From an uncultured bacterium (lineage in GTDB: Bacteria; Verrucomicrobiota; Kiritimatiellia; RFP12; UBA1067), in contig CACZDG010000012.1 of NCBI GenBank assembly GCA_902779865.1, positions 5,073-69,072 on the forward strand: a DNA stretch of 64,000 nt, given 5' to 3'. Positions 40,143 to 49,374 of the stretch are shown here, in pieces. The translations under genes were made by a program, and so were the position numbers. Position 1 is the stretch's first letter. Every line of letters starts with the position of its first letter. The notes beneath the pieces were generated by a model that did no database searches, was not told the origin of the DNA, and worked only from the letters and a program-made list of their open reading frames with translations.

Positions 40143-41102
40143 TCAGGAACCTGAGTGTCGGTAGTCAGCTTGCACGGCCGTGGCGGCGATGGTGTTGACG
40201 ATGTCTTCGACGGAACAGCCGCGGGAAAGGTCGTTGCAGGGGCCGGCGAGTCCCTGAAGGACGGCGAAGCACGACGCACCGCCCAGACGCTGGGCGATCT
40301 TGTAGCCGATGTTGCCTGCCTGCAGGTCCGGGAAGATGAGCACGTTCGCCCGCCCGGCGACGGGGCTTCCCTTCGCCTTGAGCGCCGCCACCTCGGGGAC
40401 GAGGGCGGCGTCCAGCTGCAACTCTCCATCAAGAAGAAGGTCCGGCGCGAGATCATGGGCGATTGCCGTCGCCTCGCGCACCTTGTCGACGAGCGCGTGC
40501 TCCGCGCTGCCCTTGGACGAGAACGAGAGCATGGCGACGCGCGGCTCCTCGAAGTCGCAGAGCGCGCGGGCGGTGTTCGCCGTCGCCACCGCGATGTTCG
40601 CGAGCTCCTCGGCGTTCGGACACGGGTTCACCACGCAGTCCGCCAGGACCAGAAGCCCGTTCTCCCCGAACTGCGTATACGGACTCTCCAGCAGGAACGC
40701 GGAAGAGACGAGTTTCATCCCCGGCGCGGTCTTGATGATCTGCAGCGCCGGACGCAGCATGTCGCCCGTCGAGTGGACGGCGCCGGAGACGAGACCGTCC
40801 GCATCGCCTTCCTTGACCATCATCATTCCGTAGTACATCGGATCCGCCACCAGCCGGGCGGTCGCCTCCTCGGTGAGGCCCTTCGCCTTGCGGAGTTCGT
40901 ACAGTTTCGCGGCGTATGCGTCGAAACGGGACTTGTTCTCCGCACGTGCGATGACCTCGGGCGTGAGCAGAATCGGCTCCGCCACGCCTTCCTCCGCGAC
41001 GATCCTCGCCGCCTCGACCGTGCGCGGTTCGTCGCCCTCGGGCAGCACGATGCGTTTCACGGAGGCGCGCGCCTTCGCCTTGATTCTCTTCACCACTTCC
41101 AT
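40143..41102 (-). CDS. pta: Phosphate acetyltransferase (Pta-type phosphate acyltransferase)
   Basis: VLPEGDEPR, DGLVSGAVHST, DGELQLDAA, FPDLQAGNIGYK, NDLSRGC. Confidence 0.9.
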   Translation of the reverse strand: MEVVKRIKAKARASVKRIVLPEGDEPRTVEAARIVAEEGVAEPILLTPEVIARAENKSRFDAYAAKLYELRKAKGLTEEATARLVADPMYYGMMMVKEGDADGLVSGAVHSTGDMLRPALQIIKTAPGMKLVSSAFLLESPYTQFGENGLLVLADCVVNPCPNAEELANIAVATANTARALCDFEEPRVAMLSFSSKGSAEHALVDKVREATAIAHDLAPDLLLDGELQLDAALVPEVAALKAKGSPVAGRANVLIFPDLQAGNIGYKIAQRLGGASCFAVLQGLAGPCNDLSRGCSVEDIVNTIAATAVQADYRHSGS

Positions 41103-41119
41103 GTCGGCCTCCTTTCGGA

Positions 41120-42235
41120 TCAAAGATCCATTCCTTCAAAACCCTGCCACACGTCGCGTCCGGAATACGTGAGCGCCTCGCATTCTCCGCGCAGCACCTT
41201 GAGCGCGGAAAGCCCCAGCGCCTCCTGCTCCATCTCGCCCGGATACGCGCTGACCGGCGCGATGAATCCGCAGTGCTTCTCGATGCCCTTGATGATGTCG
41301 GCGAAGCGGACGAGTCCGCCGGTGAGGACGATGCCGTCCACCTTCCCGCAGAGGACCACCGCCATCTCGCCGATCTGCTTGCAGATCTGGTAGATCATCG
41401 TGTTCCAGACAAGCGTCGCCTTCTTGTCGCCTTTTTCCACAAGCGCGTGGATCGTGTCGGAGTTGGACGTTCCGAAGAAATCGACGAATCCGCCGGAACG
41501 CGTGCAACGACGGCGCAGGTCATCGACGGAATGCGTCTCAAGGTAGTTGAGCACCGTCAAGACCGGCAGCGAGCCGATGCGGGTGGGGGAGAACGCGCCG
41601 TCCCCGTCCGCGCCCATGTTGCTGTCCACCGTCCGGCCGTGCTCGTGGGCGGCCACCGTGATGCCGCCGTCGATGTGTGCGACGATGAAGTTGCAGTCCT
41701 CGTACCTGCGGCCGATCTTCTTGGCGTGGAACTCGGCCACGGCCTTCTGGTTCAGGCAGTGCGTATGCGCAAAGCGGTACACGCCCTTGATGCCCGTGAG
41801 CCGCGCATAGTCATTGAGCTCGTCCACGGTCGTGGGATGGAGCGTGAAGGCGGACTTCCCGAACTCCTCCGCGAACTTCCACGCGAGCATCACCCCGAGC
41901 TTTGCGGGATGCTCCGAACCGTCAAGGCCCTTGACGGCGTCGTTGTAGAGGTTCTGGTCAACGCGGATAACGCCGCTGGGCTGGGAGTGTGTTCCGCCGC
42001 AGCGGCCGACGAACGCGTCGATCGTGTCGGGATCCACGCCCTCCGCCTTGAGCATGTCCAGGATCACGTCGCGGCGGAACGGCATCTGGTCGTTGACGTG
42101 CGAAAACTTCAGAAGCTCGGACGCCTCATGGAATAGCTTCCGCTCGAAGACAGACGTCTCGTCCTCGAACAGGCTGACTTTTGTCGAAGTCGAGCCTGGG
42201 TTTATAACAAGCACCCTGAATTTGCCGTCTTTCAT
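41120..42235 (-). CDS. buk: Butyrate kinase
   Basis: VINPGSTSTK, HPAKLG, HCLNQKAVA, VAHIDGGITV, LTGG, YPGEME. Confidence 0.9.
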   Translation of the reverse strand: MKDGKFRVLVINPGSTSTKVSLFEDETSVFERKLFHEASELLKFSHVNDQMPFRRDVILDMLKAEGVDPDTIDAFVGRCGGTHSQPSGVIRVDQNLYNDAVKGLDGSEHPAKLGVMLAWKFAEEFGKSAFTLHPTTVDELNDYARLTGIKGVYRFAHTHCLNQKAVAEFHAKKIGRRYEDCNFIVAHIDGGITVAAHEHGRTVDSNMGADGDGAFSPTRIGSLPVLTVLNYLETHSVDDLRRRCTRSGGFVDFFGTSNSDTIHALVEKGDKKATLVWNTMIYQICKQIGEMAVVLCGKVDGIVLTGGLVRFADIIKGIEKHCGFIAPVSAYPGEMEQEALGLSALKVLRGECEALTYSGRDVWQGFEGMDL

Positions 42236-42246
42236 TTTTACCTCTT

Positions 42247-42771
42247 TTACCTGGAAACGAGCCCCTCGACAAGTTTTGCAATCTTGGCCTTGGTCGCGTC
42301 CGTCTTCTGCTCGTCGATCTTGGCTGTGACGATGCCAGCGTCCTCGACACCCCAGTAGTTGAGGATTCCATGATACTCGCCGATTGCGCCGTCATAGACA
42401 TTGGGCGAATAGGATGAGAGCAGCATCGCCGCCTTCTTCAGCTTGCCCGGCTTGTTCATGTTGTAGATGCGTTGAATCGGGGCCTGAATCTGTGCGGACA
42501 TCGTGAAGTAATAGATCGGCGCGGCGAGGACGAGGACTTCCGCGTCCGAGAGGAGCGGATAGAGCTCCTGCATGTCGTCCTTCTGGATGCACGTGCCGTT
42601 GCCCTTTCCGTGGCAGTACTCGCAGGCCATGCAGCCGGCGATCTTCTTGTGAGCCACATCGACGAGCGTGACCGTGTGCCCGGCCGCCTCGGCGGCCTTG
42701 CGGCATTCCTCCGCCATCCAGGCGGTGTTTCCGTTCGCGCGCGGCGAACCCTGTAAAATGAGAATGTTCAT
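42247..42771 (-). CDS. Flavodoxin-like/NADPH-dependent FMN reductase family protein
   Basis: GSPRANGNT, CMACEYC...C..KDDM, APIYY. Confidence 0.88.
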   Translation of the reverse strand: MNILILQGSPRANGNTAWMAEECRKAAEAAGHTVTLVDVAHKKIAGCMACEYCHGKGNGTCIQKDDMQELYPLLSDAEVLVLAAPIYYFTMSAQIQAPIQRIYNMNKPGKLKKAAMLLSSYSPNVYDGAIGEYHGILNYWGVEDAGIVTAKIDEQKTDATKAKIAKLVEGLVSR

Positions 42772-42965
42772 TTGTTGTTTCCTTTTGTTTCTTTCTTTGT
42801 TAGTGCTTTTCCATTATACCATAAAGTCGGCCCGCAAACGAGGAAGTATTTTTGCTCGGCACGATGTCGCAGTTTGCCATAATAACGGACACTTTCAACA
42901 AAGGCAGATAAGGTCTAGAGCGACCCCGTTTGCCAAATACTGGACACCATTAGTAAAATAGAGGC

Positions 42966-43566
42966 ATGAGAAACATGTCACGAATGGCAACGAACGAATA
43001 CATCGGCGCGAAGCGCAGGGCGTATGCCCAAGCGGACCGTGCCAAACGGAAACGCATCCTCGACGAGGTCTGCGAGACGACGGGCTACGAGCGCAAGTAC
43101 GCGAACCGTCTACTGACCGGGAACAGGAAGTTCCGCGAGCGCAAGGGCAGGGGGAAGACCTACGGTGACGATGTCGCCGCAGTACTGAAGAAGGTCTGGC
43201 GCGAGGCCGGATGCCCGTGCCTGCCGTACTTCAAGGTGGAGGTGGAACGCTGGGTGGAAGAATACACGACGCAGGTCGCGCACATCAAGCCGGACATCAG
43301 GGAGAAGATACTCGCCATGAGCGACCGCACGATGTCGCGCCTGCTGTCCGGGGAGGTCAGGGTGAAGCCCGGATGGGCAAAGGGGAATAAGCGATCCGGG
43401 CGCGGAGCGTGCAACGAGGTCAAGGCCAACACGCCATGCGCGTCCGATGAAGTCGTCATGGCCTGCAACGTCCCTCCTGGCGACGCGCAGATCGACACCT
43501 TCGCCCTCGGCGGCGGCGACCCATCGGACAACTTCTTCTGGATCCTCGACGGCATGGACAGGAAGA
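42966..43566 (+). mobile_element. Truncated IS transposase (integrase-core/DDE type)
   Basis: RKRILDEVCETTGYERKYANRLL, GCPC, QIDT first catalytic Asp region, FFWIL, after which family-like sequence stops; promoter TTGCCA-18 nt-TAAAAT upstream. Confidence 0.72.
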
Positions 43567-44114
43567 GGCGGCCCAGACGGGTTGCGCGCGGACGGTACCG
43601 CAAAACTGGCTGGAGGCGTTTATTCGTCTTGACCACGAGATCAAGAATGGGCAGAAGACCGTTGTCCTACTGGACGAAATTTCATGGATGGGCTACTACG
43701 ACCCGATGTTTGCAAACACGGTCAGAATCGCGTGGGAGAATTATTGGAAGGACCATAATCGGCTGATTCTGGTGTTGTGCGGGACATAGCGGAAATGCTT
43801 GAAGAGGGAAAAGGAGGACGGTTGTCGGCCGCGCTCGCGCGTCTTGCGGAATCGGGATTCGTTTCGGATGATGCCGGAAAGAATCCAGAGACAGGCGCGG
43901 ACATCAGAGAAAAGAAATACAGGCTCAGGGACAACTATGCGAGATTCTACCTGAAGTACGTTGCGCCGGTCAAGCGTGTCATCGACTGCTGCCGCACCCG
44001 AAGAGCGTGTCAATCCGCACCGCGCTTGTGTACGAGGGCGAATTAGCACCGTCAGTGGAGGCCGACGGATTCTTTGACGCGATCATCAGGTTCAAGAACT
44101 TGCTTGGAATCTAA
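43567..44114 (+). pseudogene. Three joined fragments of an archaeal-type AAA ATPase/DUF234-like gene
   Basis: Frame A NWLEAF...VVLLDEISW...LILVLCG; frame B DIAEML...YRLRDNYARFYLKY; frame C IRTALVYEGELAPSVEADGFFDAII...stop. Confidence 0.72.
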
Positions 44115-44247
44115 ATCGGACAATACTTTTGGTTCAACTAAAACGGAAAAACAAGTTTAGTTGACCCCTAACTCGTTTGCGTTCTGGATCGCGATTCTCT
44201 GTTGCCGAAGCGAAATGAATACACGCCCTGCGGCGGTCGGGAAATTA

Positions 44248-44256
44248 TGGTATAAT
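44248..44256 (+). promoter_or_regulatory. Extended -10 promoter, probably leaderless
   Basis: TGGTATAAT ending 7 nt before ATG 44264. Confidence 0.65.
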
Positions 44257-44263
44257 ATTGGGC

Positions 44264-45907
44264 ATGAACATTGAATACACTGGTCGGTTGTACGAAGCGG
44301 CTAAGCTCCGACGCTTCGCCGGGAAAGTCTATGACAGGATTGTGCGCCCGTCGCGCATCATGATATACATATTCTGTGTCGTGGGGCTTGCGGCCGAGGT
44401 TCTGATGTATTTGCGCGGCGGACATCTTGACTATTACCTTGTGTTTTTCTTTGCTATATTCGTCTTAGCCCTGAAGTTCAACAGGGCCCGGTACCAGAAG
44501 GCTTTCGATCTCGTCACCCGACGGCTCATGGGCGATTCGGACGAAGGGACAATTGTGATGACCGACGCCTGCTACGAGTTCCGCAGCGGCGGCAACGTCC
44601 TTCGCGTGGGCTGGCGGAATATTGGCTCCTGCTACTTGTTCCTCGACGGAGGGCTCGCGGTGCTGGAAGGAAAGATTCCGAGACTTCTTCTGCCATCCCT
44701 CGACGATCTCGGCGGTGCCAATGAAGAAGAGGTAAGGGCAATGCTTGAAAAGGCGGGCTTGAGAGACTATCGGCACTGCCGCAGCTATTGGTGGGTTCTT
44801 GTACTCCTCGTTGCTTTGGCGGGCGGTGCCGTCGCCCAGGTTGACCTGATGCAATCACGCGCAAAGATGTCTGCGTCGGGGAGCGTGGAATGCGGCAAAG
44901 ATGACGACGAAGACGATGATTCGTGCGTCGAGGATTCTTGCGACGAGGATAGAGGCAAGACATTCTCGTTGGGCGACATCAATTTCGACAGCCGCACAAT
45001 TGACATCGACTATAAACTTGCAGAGACGCGATCACCGACGAACAGAAATCAGATATCCTACCAGGACTTCGCCAACATCGTAGCGGTCCTGCGCGAGCAG
45101 AGGAAGCCCAAGAAGGTGTTTATGATGCTTTCGATTGCCGATGTCAATGCGCCGGAGCGCCCGCTTGAGATGTTGTCGACTTTGACGAATAGTCGGCTTT
45201 CCGTCAAACTTATTCTCCGCGACTGCACAAATCTTACGGACGTCGCGATGCTGGGGCGCGTCCCGATGTCCTGGCTTTGCCTGAGCAGCTGCCCGGTCAA
45301 CGAGATTCGCGGCCTTGAACAGTGTCCGCTTGAATTGCTCGATATTGACAGCTGTCCCGTCAAGTCCATTGACGATATTTGCCCATTGCCAAATTTGAAG
45401 GAGATGCGTATAGCCGGTACGCCTATGGCGCAGCCGACCAAGGAGGCGCTTCGCGCGCGCTGGAAGAATCTCGACTACCTGCAGTTTGCTCCTGGGAACG
45501 AAAACGGGTCGTCGGAGTACGTCATGATATCCCTGTTCTCCGAGACGGAGCGCTTTCAGGCGGCGGTTGCGGAGGCGGACCGCGTGGTGATACGCGACGG
45601 CGGGTTCGGATGCTGCACGAAACCCGAGAGCGATCCGGTGCTACTTGAGCTTAGGGAGCCGAAGGAGATAGCCGAGCTGCGCGGAATCTTCAAGTTCAAG
45701 GACCTTGGCAGCAATGGAGGCTGCATGTGCTGCGGACATCCCGGCATCGACTGGTGGAAGGGCGATGAGCTTCTTGCGCGCACGGCAGTCCAGCATCTCA
45801 AGGCGCTTCGCTGGAAGCGTTTCCACGGCGATGCGCAACTCACCCAGGAAGCTGAGAATGCGCTGACGGCCTGGTTCGCCGCCCGCAACATCAAAACCGC
45901 CAAGTAA
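44264..45907 (+). CDS. Membrane-anchored multidomain hypothetical protein (YcxB-like + LRR + Cys-rich C-terminal domain)
   Basis: Three hydrophobic segments, acidic linker, LRR-like LxxLxI/LxxxP repeats, GCC and CMCCGH motifs. Confidence 0.7.
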   Translation: MNIEYTGRLYEAAKLRRFAGKVYDRIVRPSRIMIYIFCVVGLAAEVLMYLRGGHLDYYLVFFFAIFVLALKFNRARYQKAFDLVTRRLMGDSDEGTIVMTDACYEFRSGGNVLRVGWRNIGSCYLFLDGGLAVLEGKIPRLLLPSLDDLGGANEEEVRAMLEKAGLRDYRHCRSYWWVLVLLVALAGGAVAQVDLMQSRAKMSASGSVECGKDDDEDDDSCVEDSCDEDRGKTFSLGDINFDSRTIDIDYKLAETRSPTNRNQISYQDFANIVAVLREQRKPKKVFMMLSIADVNAPERPLEMLSTLTNSRLSVKLILRDCTNLTDVAMLGRVPMSWLCLSSCPVNEIRGLEQCPLELLDIDSCPVKSIDDICPLPNLKEMRIAGTPMAQPTKEALRARWKNLDYLQFAPGNENGSSEYVMISLFSETERFQAAVAEADRVVIRDGGFGCCTKPESDPVLLELREPKEIAELRGIFKFKDLGSNGGCMCCGHPGIDWWKGDELLARTAVQHLKALRWKRFHGDAQLTQEAENALTAWFAARNIKTAK

Positions 45908-46057
45908 CGCGGCGGCAAGCGAAAGGAGTAGATGAAGGATGCGGAGACTGATAAAGGCAATTCTCGTCTCGTCCCTCGCACTGGTGACGTTTGGCGCGGT
46001 CACTGTCACTACACGAGCCGCATCTTTTACAAGGTGTTCAAATAGAAGGAAAGAACG

Positions 46058-48814
46058 ATGGAGAATGAAAGACGTTTCCCTTTGGCTACTGCCACGGTCC
46101 TCTTTTTTGCGCTTGCCGGCGCTGCGAGGGCATTTGCGGCGCACGCGGACGACTATTCCTGCGCATATCCCGACAACGTGCATTTCCCGTTGACGCTTTC
46201 GTATCCTGCAGGCGGCAAACCGCAGGTGTTGCGTCTCGACTTCGGCGAAGCCAGCACGGGTGGCTATGCCGTGTTCGACGTCGCATCCGCAAAGGGCAGC
46301 CCCGTGATGCGCGTTGCGTACGCGAACCATCCCGACGGCCTCGGCGAGAAGGGCTGTTTCTCGCGCGAGACCAGCGCACGGTACCTCGGCCCTACGTTCG
46401 ACATCCCCGCGCTTCCCGGCAACATCAACCGCCACGAGATCTACCGCATCTGCCGCACGGGACGTTTTGTCGCGCCTCTCATCCAGGGCCAGCAGCGCTA
46501 TGCGCGCATTCAGCTCGACACGCCCGGTACCGAGGTGACGCTCTCGTCGTTCAAGATCGAGAACGCCGAGGTCTTCCGCGATGGTGAATTCCAGGGCTCC
46601 TTCAGCTGCTCCGATTCGCGTCTCGACGAACTCTGGAAGATAAGCGCCTGGACGTGCCAGATCGCGGCGTTCCCCAACCACGACGCATGGAAGCGCGCAG
46701 GCGGGCGCCTCCTGCCGCGCAAGCTCGAGGCTGCGTCCGGCGAAGGCTTCTGCGCCCTGCCTGCGCCGTTCGACGGCACGCTGACGGTCGAATACGAATT
46801 CGACGCGAATCCGCATTTCCCGCAGGGACGCTTCGTGGTGATAGCCGGCGGCAGGCGCACCGAGGTGGTGCAGACGTCCACGAACGAGATGAATACGGTT
46901 TCCGTTCCGGCGGCCAGAGGCGAGCGCTTCGGCATCGCCGTTGAGAAGGAGTCCTGGCCGGTGATAGCCTCGATTTCCATCTCCCCGAAGAAGGGCGACA
47001 GGTTCTGGGACGCGAGACTCGACGATCCGAGGTCTCTGCTCAACTGGGACTTCGCGCGCACTCTCCCGTACGTGGCCGACGGCGCGAAGCGCGACAGGCT
47101 CATCTGGAGCGGAGACCTGTGGTGGGCGGAGCGCAACATCTTCTATTCGTTCGATCCCGGCGACGAGCCGTACATGCGCGGGTCTGTGATGCTTCTCGGA
47201 TTCAACCAGACGCCTGAAGGGTACGTGCAGGCGTGTCCTTACGCCGAACGCGCCACGCCCCCTGCAAAGGGCGAGTGGGGACCGTTCCCCTCCGACGAAT
47301 TCGCCGCATGGTTCGTGCCCGTGCTGTACGACTACTTCCTCTACTCTGGCGATGCCAAGACGACGGGCGAGCTCTATCCAAAGGTGGTGAAGCTTATGGA
47401 CTATCTCGCCGCGCACACCGAGGATGACGGCACGTTCGTCCAGCGTGCCGAGACCTCCAAACACGCCTGCAACCTCAACCTCGGCGACACCTCCCACCGT
47501 GCGTACATGGACATCCTTCTCTGGAAGTGCTGTCGGGACGCGGCGGCGATGGCATGTGCGTTTGGCGACAAGGACGGCACGTCCCGCTTCGAGAAGTGGA
47601 GCGAGAAACTCTGGAAGGCGATCCGCACGCGCTTCTGGAACGACAACGAAGGCTTCTTTGAGCTTTCCGACAAGAACCACGGTTTTGGTTTTGAGGCAAA
47701 CGCCCTCGCCCTCGCCACGCATTTCGCGACGCGCGAGGAGGCGCTGCGCATCGCGCCGCATCTGAAGCGCACCGGCCATGGCAAGTTCCAGGCGCTCGCG
47801 GTGCGCGGGTTGATGGAGTACGGATTCATGGACCGCGGGCTCAAGGCGATCGAGGCGCACAACTGGTACAAGCTGCTCAGCCCGAAGTGGAAAGGGGCGA
47901 AAACGACCACCGAGTGTATGGGGCTGCATCGAAGAGGGTGGGGCGACGAATCGCATCCCGATACGGCCATCGCGGGAATTCTTTCTGCGGAGGTGCTGGG
48001 AGTGAAGCCGACAGCGCCCGGGTATGCGAGGTTCGAGATGCGTCCGCGTCCATGCGCCTCGATTTCATCGGCCACGGGACGTGTTCCCACGCCGCATGGC
48101 ACAATATCCGCCAACTGGATGATGAAAGACGGCGATCTGGTCGTGACGGTGTCGTTCCCGCATGGGACGGTTGGATCGGTCGTTCTGCCGCAGTGCGAGC
48201 GCGTGACGGTCAATGGCAGGGAGACGACGGAGCTTGGCGCTCTTCCTGCCGGCGACTACATGATCGTCGCGAAGAGCGTGAAACCCGAGGCGCTTGCAGA
48301 CCCGGTGAAGGATGCTGTGTACATCAATGCGAAGGGCCATCTGCGCTTCTCGGCGTCGTCTTCCCACGAGGCGCGTCCGGCATGGAGCCTGCACAACCTT
48401 GCCGAGCCGATCCAGAAGGACAGCTCCAAGGGCTGGAGCAGCAAGGCGCATGACAGCGCGAAGGAGGAGGAATGGCTGATGATCGAACTTGGCGCGGTGA
48501 AGAGCGTTGAAAAAATTGAGCTGTGGGCTCGGGACGACCGCGACTCGCGCGGCGGCACGGCAGGGTTCCCGCGCGCGTTCGTGGTGGAGGGCATGGATGG
48601 TTCGGGTGCGTGGCGCGTTCTCAAGACGTATGCGGACGTAACGCCGCCGAAGCATGGCAAATCCTTCGTTGTCGACTTCTACACGGTGATCGGCTATCCG
48701 AAGGTGAAGGCGCTGCGCGTGCGCGCCACCGAACTCGGCGCGCCTGCCGCCGACGAGCCCAGAGCCTGGCGCCTCCAGTTCAAGCGCATCGCGGTTGCGA
48801 CGTCCGGCTCCTGA
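46058..48814 (+). CDS. GH78 alpha-L-rhamnosidase-like protein with C-terminal discoidin-like domain
   Basis: Signal peptide; CSDSRLDELW, DGAKRDRLIWSGD, TTTE, GVKPTAPGY, TPHGTI. Confidence 0.88.
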   Translation: MENERRFPLATATVLFFALAGAARAFAAHADDYSCAYPDNVHFPLTLSYPAGGKPQVLRLDFGEASTGGYAVFDVASAKGSPVMRVAYANHPDGLGEKGCFSRETSARYLGPTFDIPALPGNINRHEIYRICRTGRFVAPLIQGQQRYARIQLDTPGTEVTLSSFKIENAEVFRDGEFQGSFSCSDSRLDELWKISAWTCQIAAFPNHDAWKRAGGRLLPRKLEAASGEGFCALPAPFDGTLTVEYEFDANPHFPQGRFVVIAGGRRTEVVQTSTNEMNTVSVPAARGERFGIAVEKESWPVIASISISPKKGDRFWDARLDDPRSLLNWDFARTLPYVADGAKRDRLIWSGDLWWAERNIFYSFDPGDEPYMRGSVMLLGFNQTPEGYVQACPYAERATPPAKGEWGPFPSDEFAAWFVPVLYDYFLYSGDAKTTGELYPKVVKLMDYLAAHTEDDGTFVQRAETSKHACNLNLGDTSHRAYMDILLWKCCRDAAAMACAFGDKDGTSRFEKWSEKLWKAIRTRFWNDNEGFFELSDKNHGFGFEANALALATHFATREEALRIAPHLKRTGHGKFQALAVRGLMEYGFMDRGLKAIEAHNWYKLLSPKWKGAKTTTECMGLHRRGWGDESHPDTAIAGILSAEVLGVKPTAPGYARFEMRPRPCASISSATGRVPTPHGTISANWMMKDGDLVVTVSFPHGTVGSVVLPQCERVTVNGRETTELGALPAGDYMIVAKSVKPEALADPVKDAVYINAKGHLRFSASSSHEARPAWSLHNLAEPIQKDSSKGWSSKAHDSAKEEEWLMIELGAVKSVEKIELWARDDRDSRGGTAGFPRAFVVEGMDGSGAWRVLKTYADVTPPKHGKSFVVDFYTVIGYPKVKALRVRATELGAPAADEPRAWRLQFKRIAVATSGS

Positions 48815-48839
48815 TCGCGGGCGGCCGAAACGTCACTTC

Positions 48840-49293
48840 ATGCCGGGCTGCGGGATTGCGACGTACGTCGTAGGCGCGGACGGCATGCGGTGTGACCTGC
48901 ACATGAACTGCGTCGGGCTCGACGAGGTGATACCGCGCCACGGGAACGCTGTCCGTCGCCGTGCCGGCAAAGCCGGGAGTGGCGTACAAGGTGAGGTTCA
49001 TTACGACGAAGCGCGGCGTCAAGGTCGATCCTGTGAAGACGGTCGACATCCCCGCGAAAGGTGGCAAGGGGACGGCCCGGCGCGTGCCGGTCTATTCGGA
49101 TGGCGTTGGCGCGGTCGCGAAGACGGTGGCGTTCGGCAAGGGCGAACCTGTGTTCGCGAGCTACAGGCTTGCAGATGACGACCTGTACGCCCGCGCGCGG
49201 GTGGAGTCTGACGAGGCGACCACGTATCCGTACGCCAAAGATAGGAGGCATCCGCTCGTTAAGGTGGCATGGACGCAACCATACCGTCGGTGA
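48840..49293 (+). pseudogene. Remnant of a PHP-like metallohydrolase gene (mostly the C-terminus)
   Basis: C-terminal TLSVAVPAKPGVAYKVRFI...YARARVES...AWTQP; frameshift near 48930; upstream DLHM resembles a PHP N-terminal motif. Confidence 0.45.
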
Positions 49294-49374
49294 AAAGAGG
49301 AAGTATTGGATTTTCTGTAACCTTCTCGGTTATGACGTGTAAACAGTGCAGAAAACTTTAAAAGGAGACAAACC

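Noticed and set aside
45641-47956. 771-aa antisense ORF opposite GH78
   Set aside because: Same shadow-frame effect; the sense gene has clear family motifs
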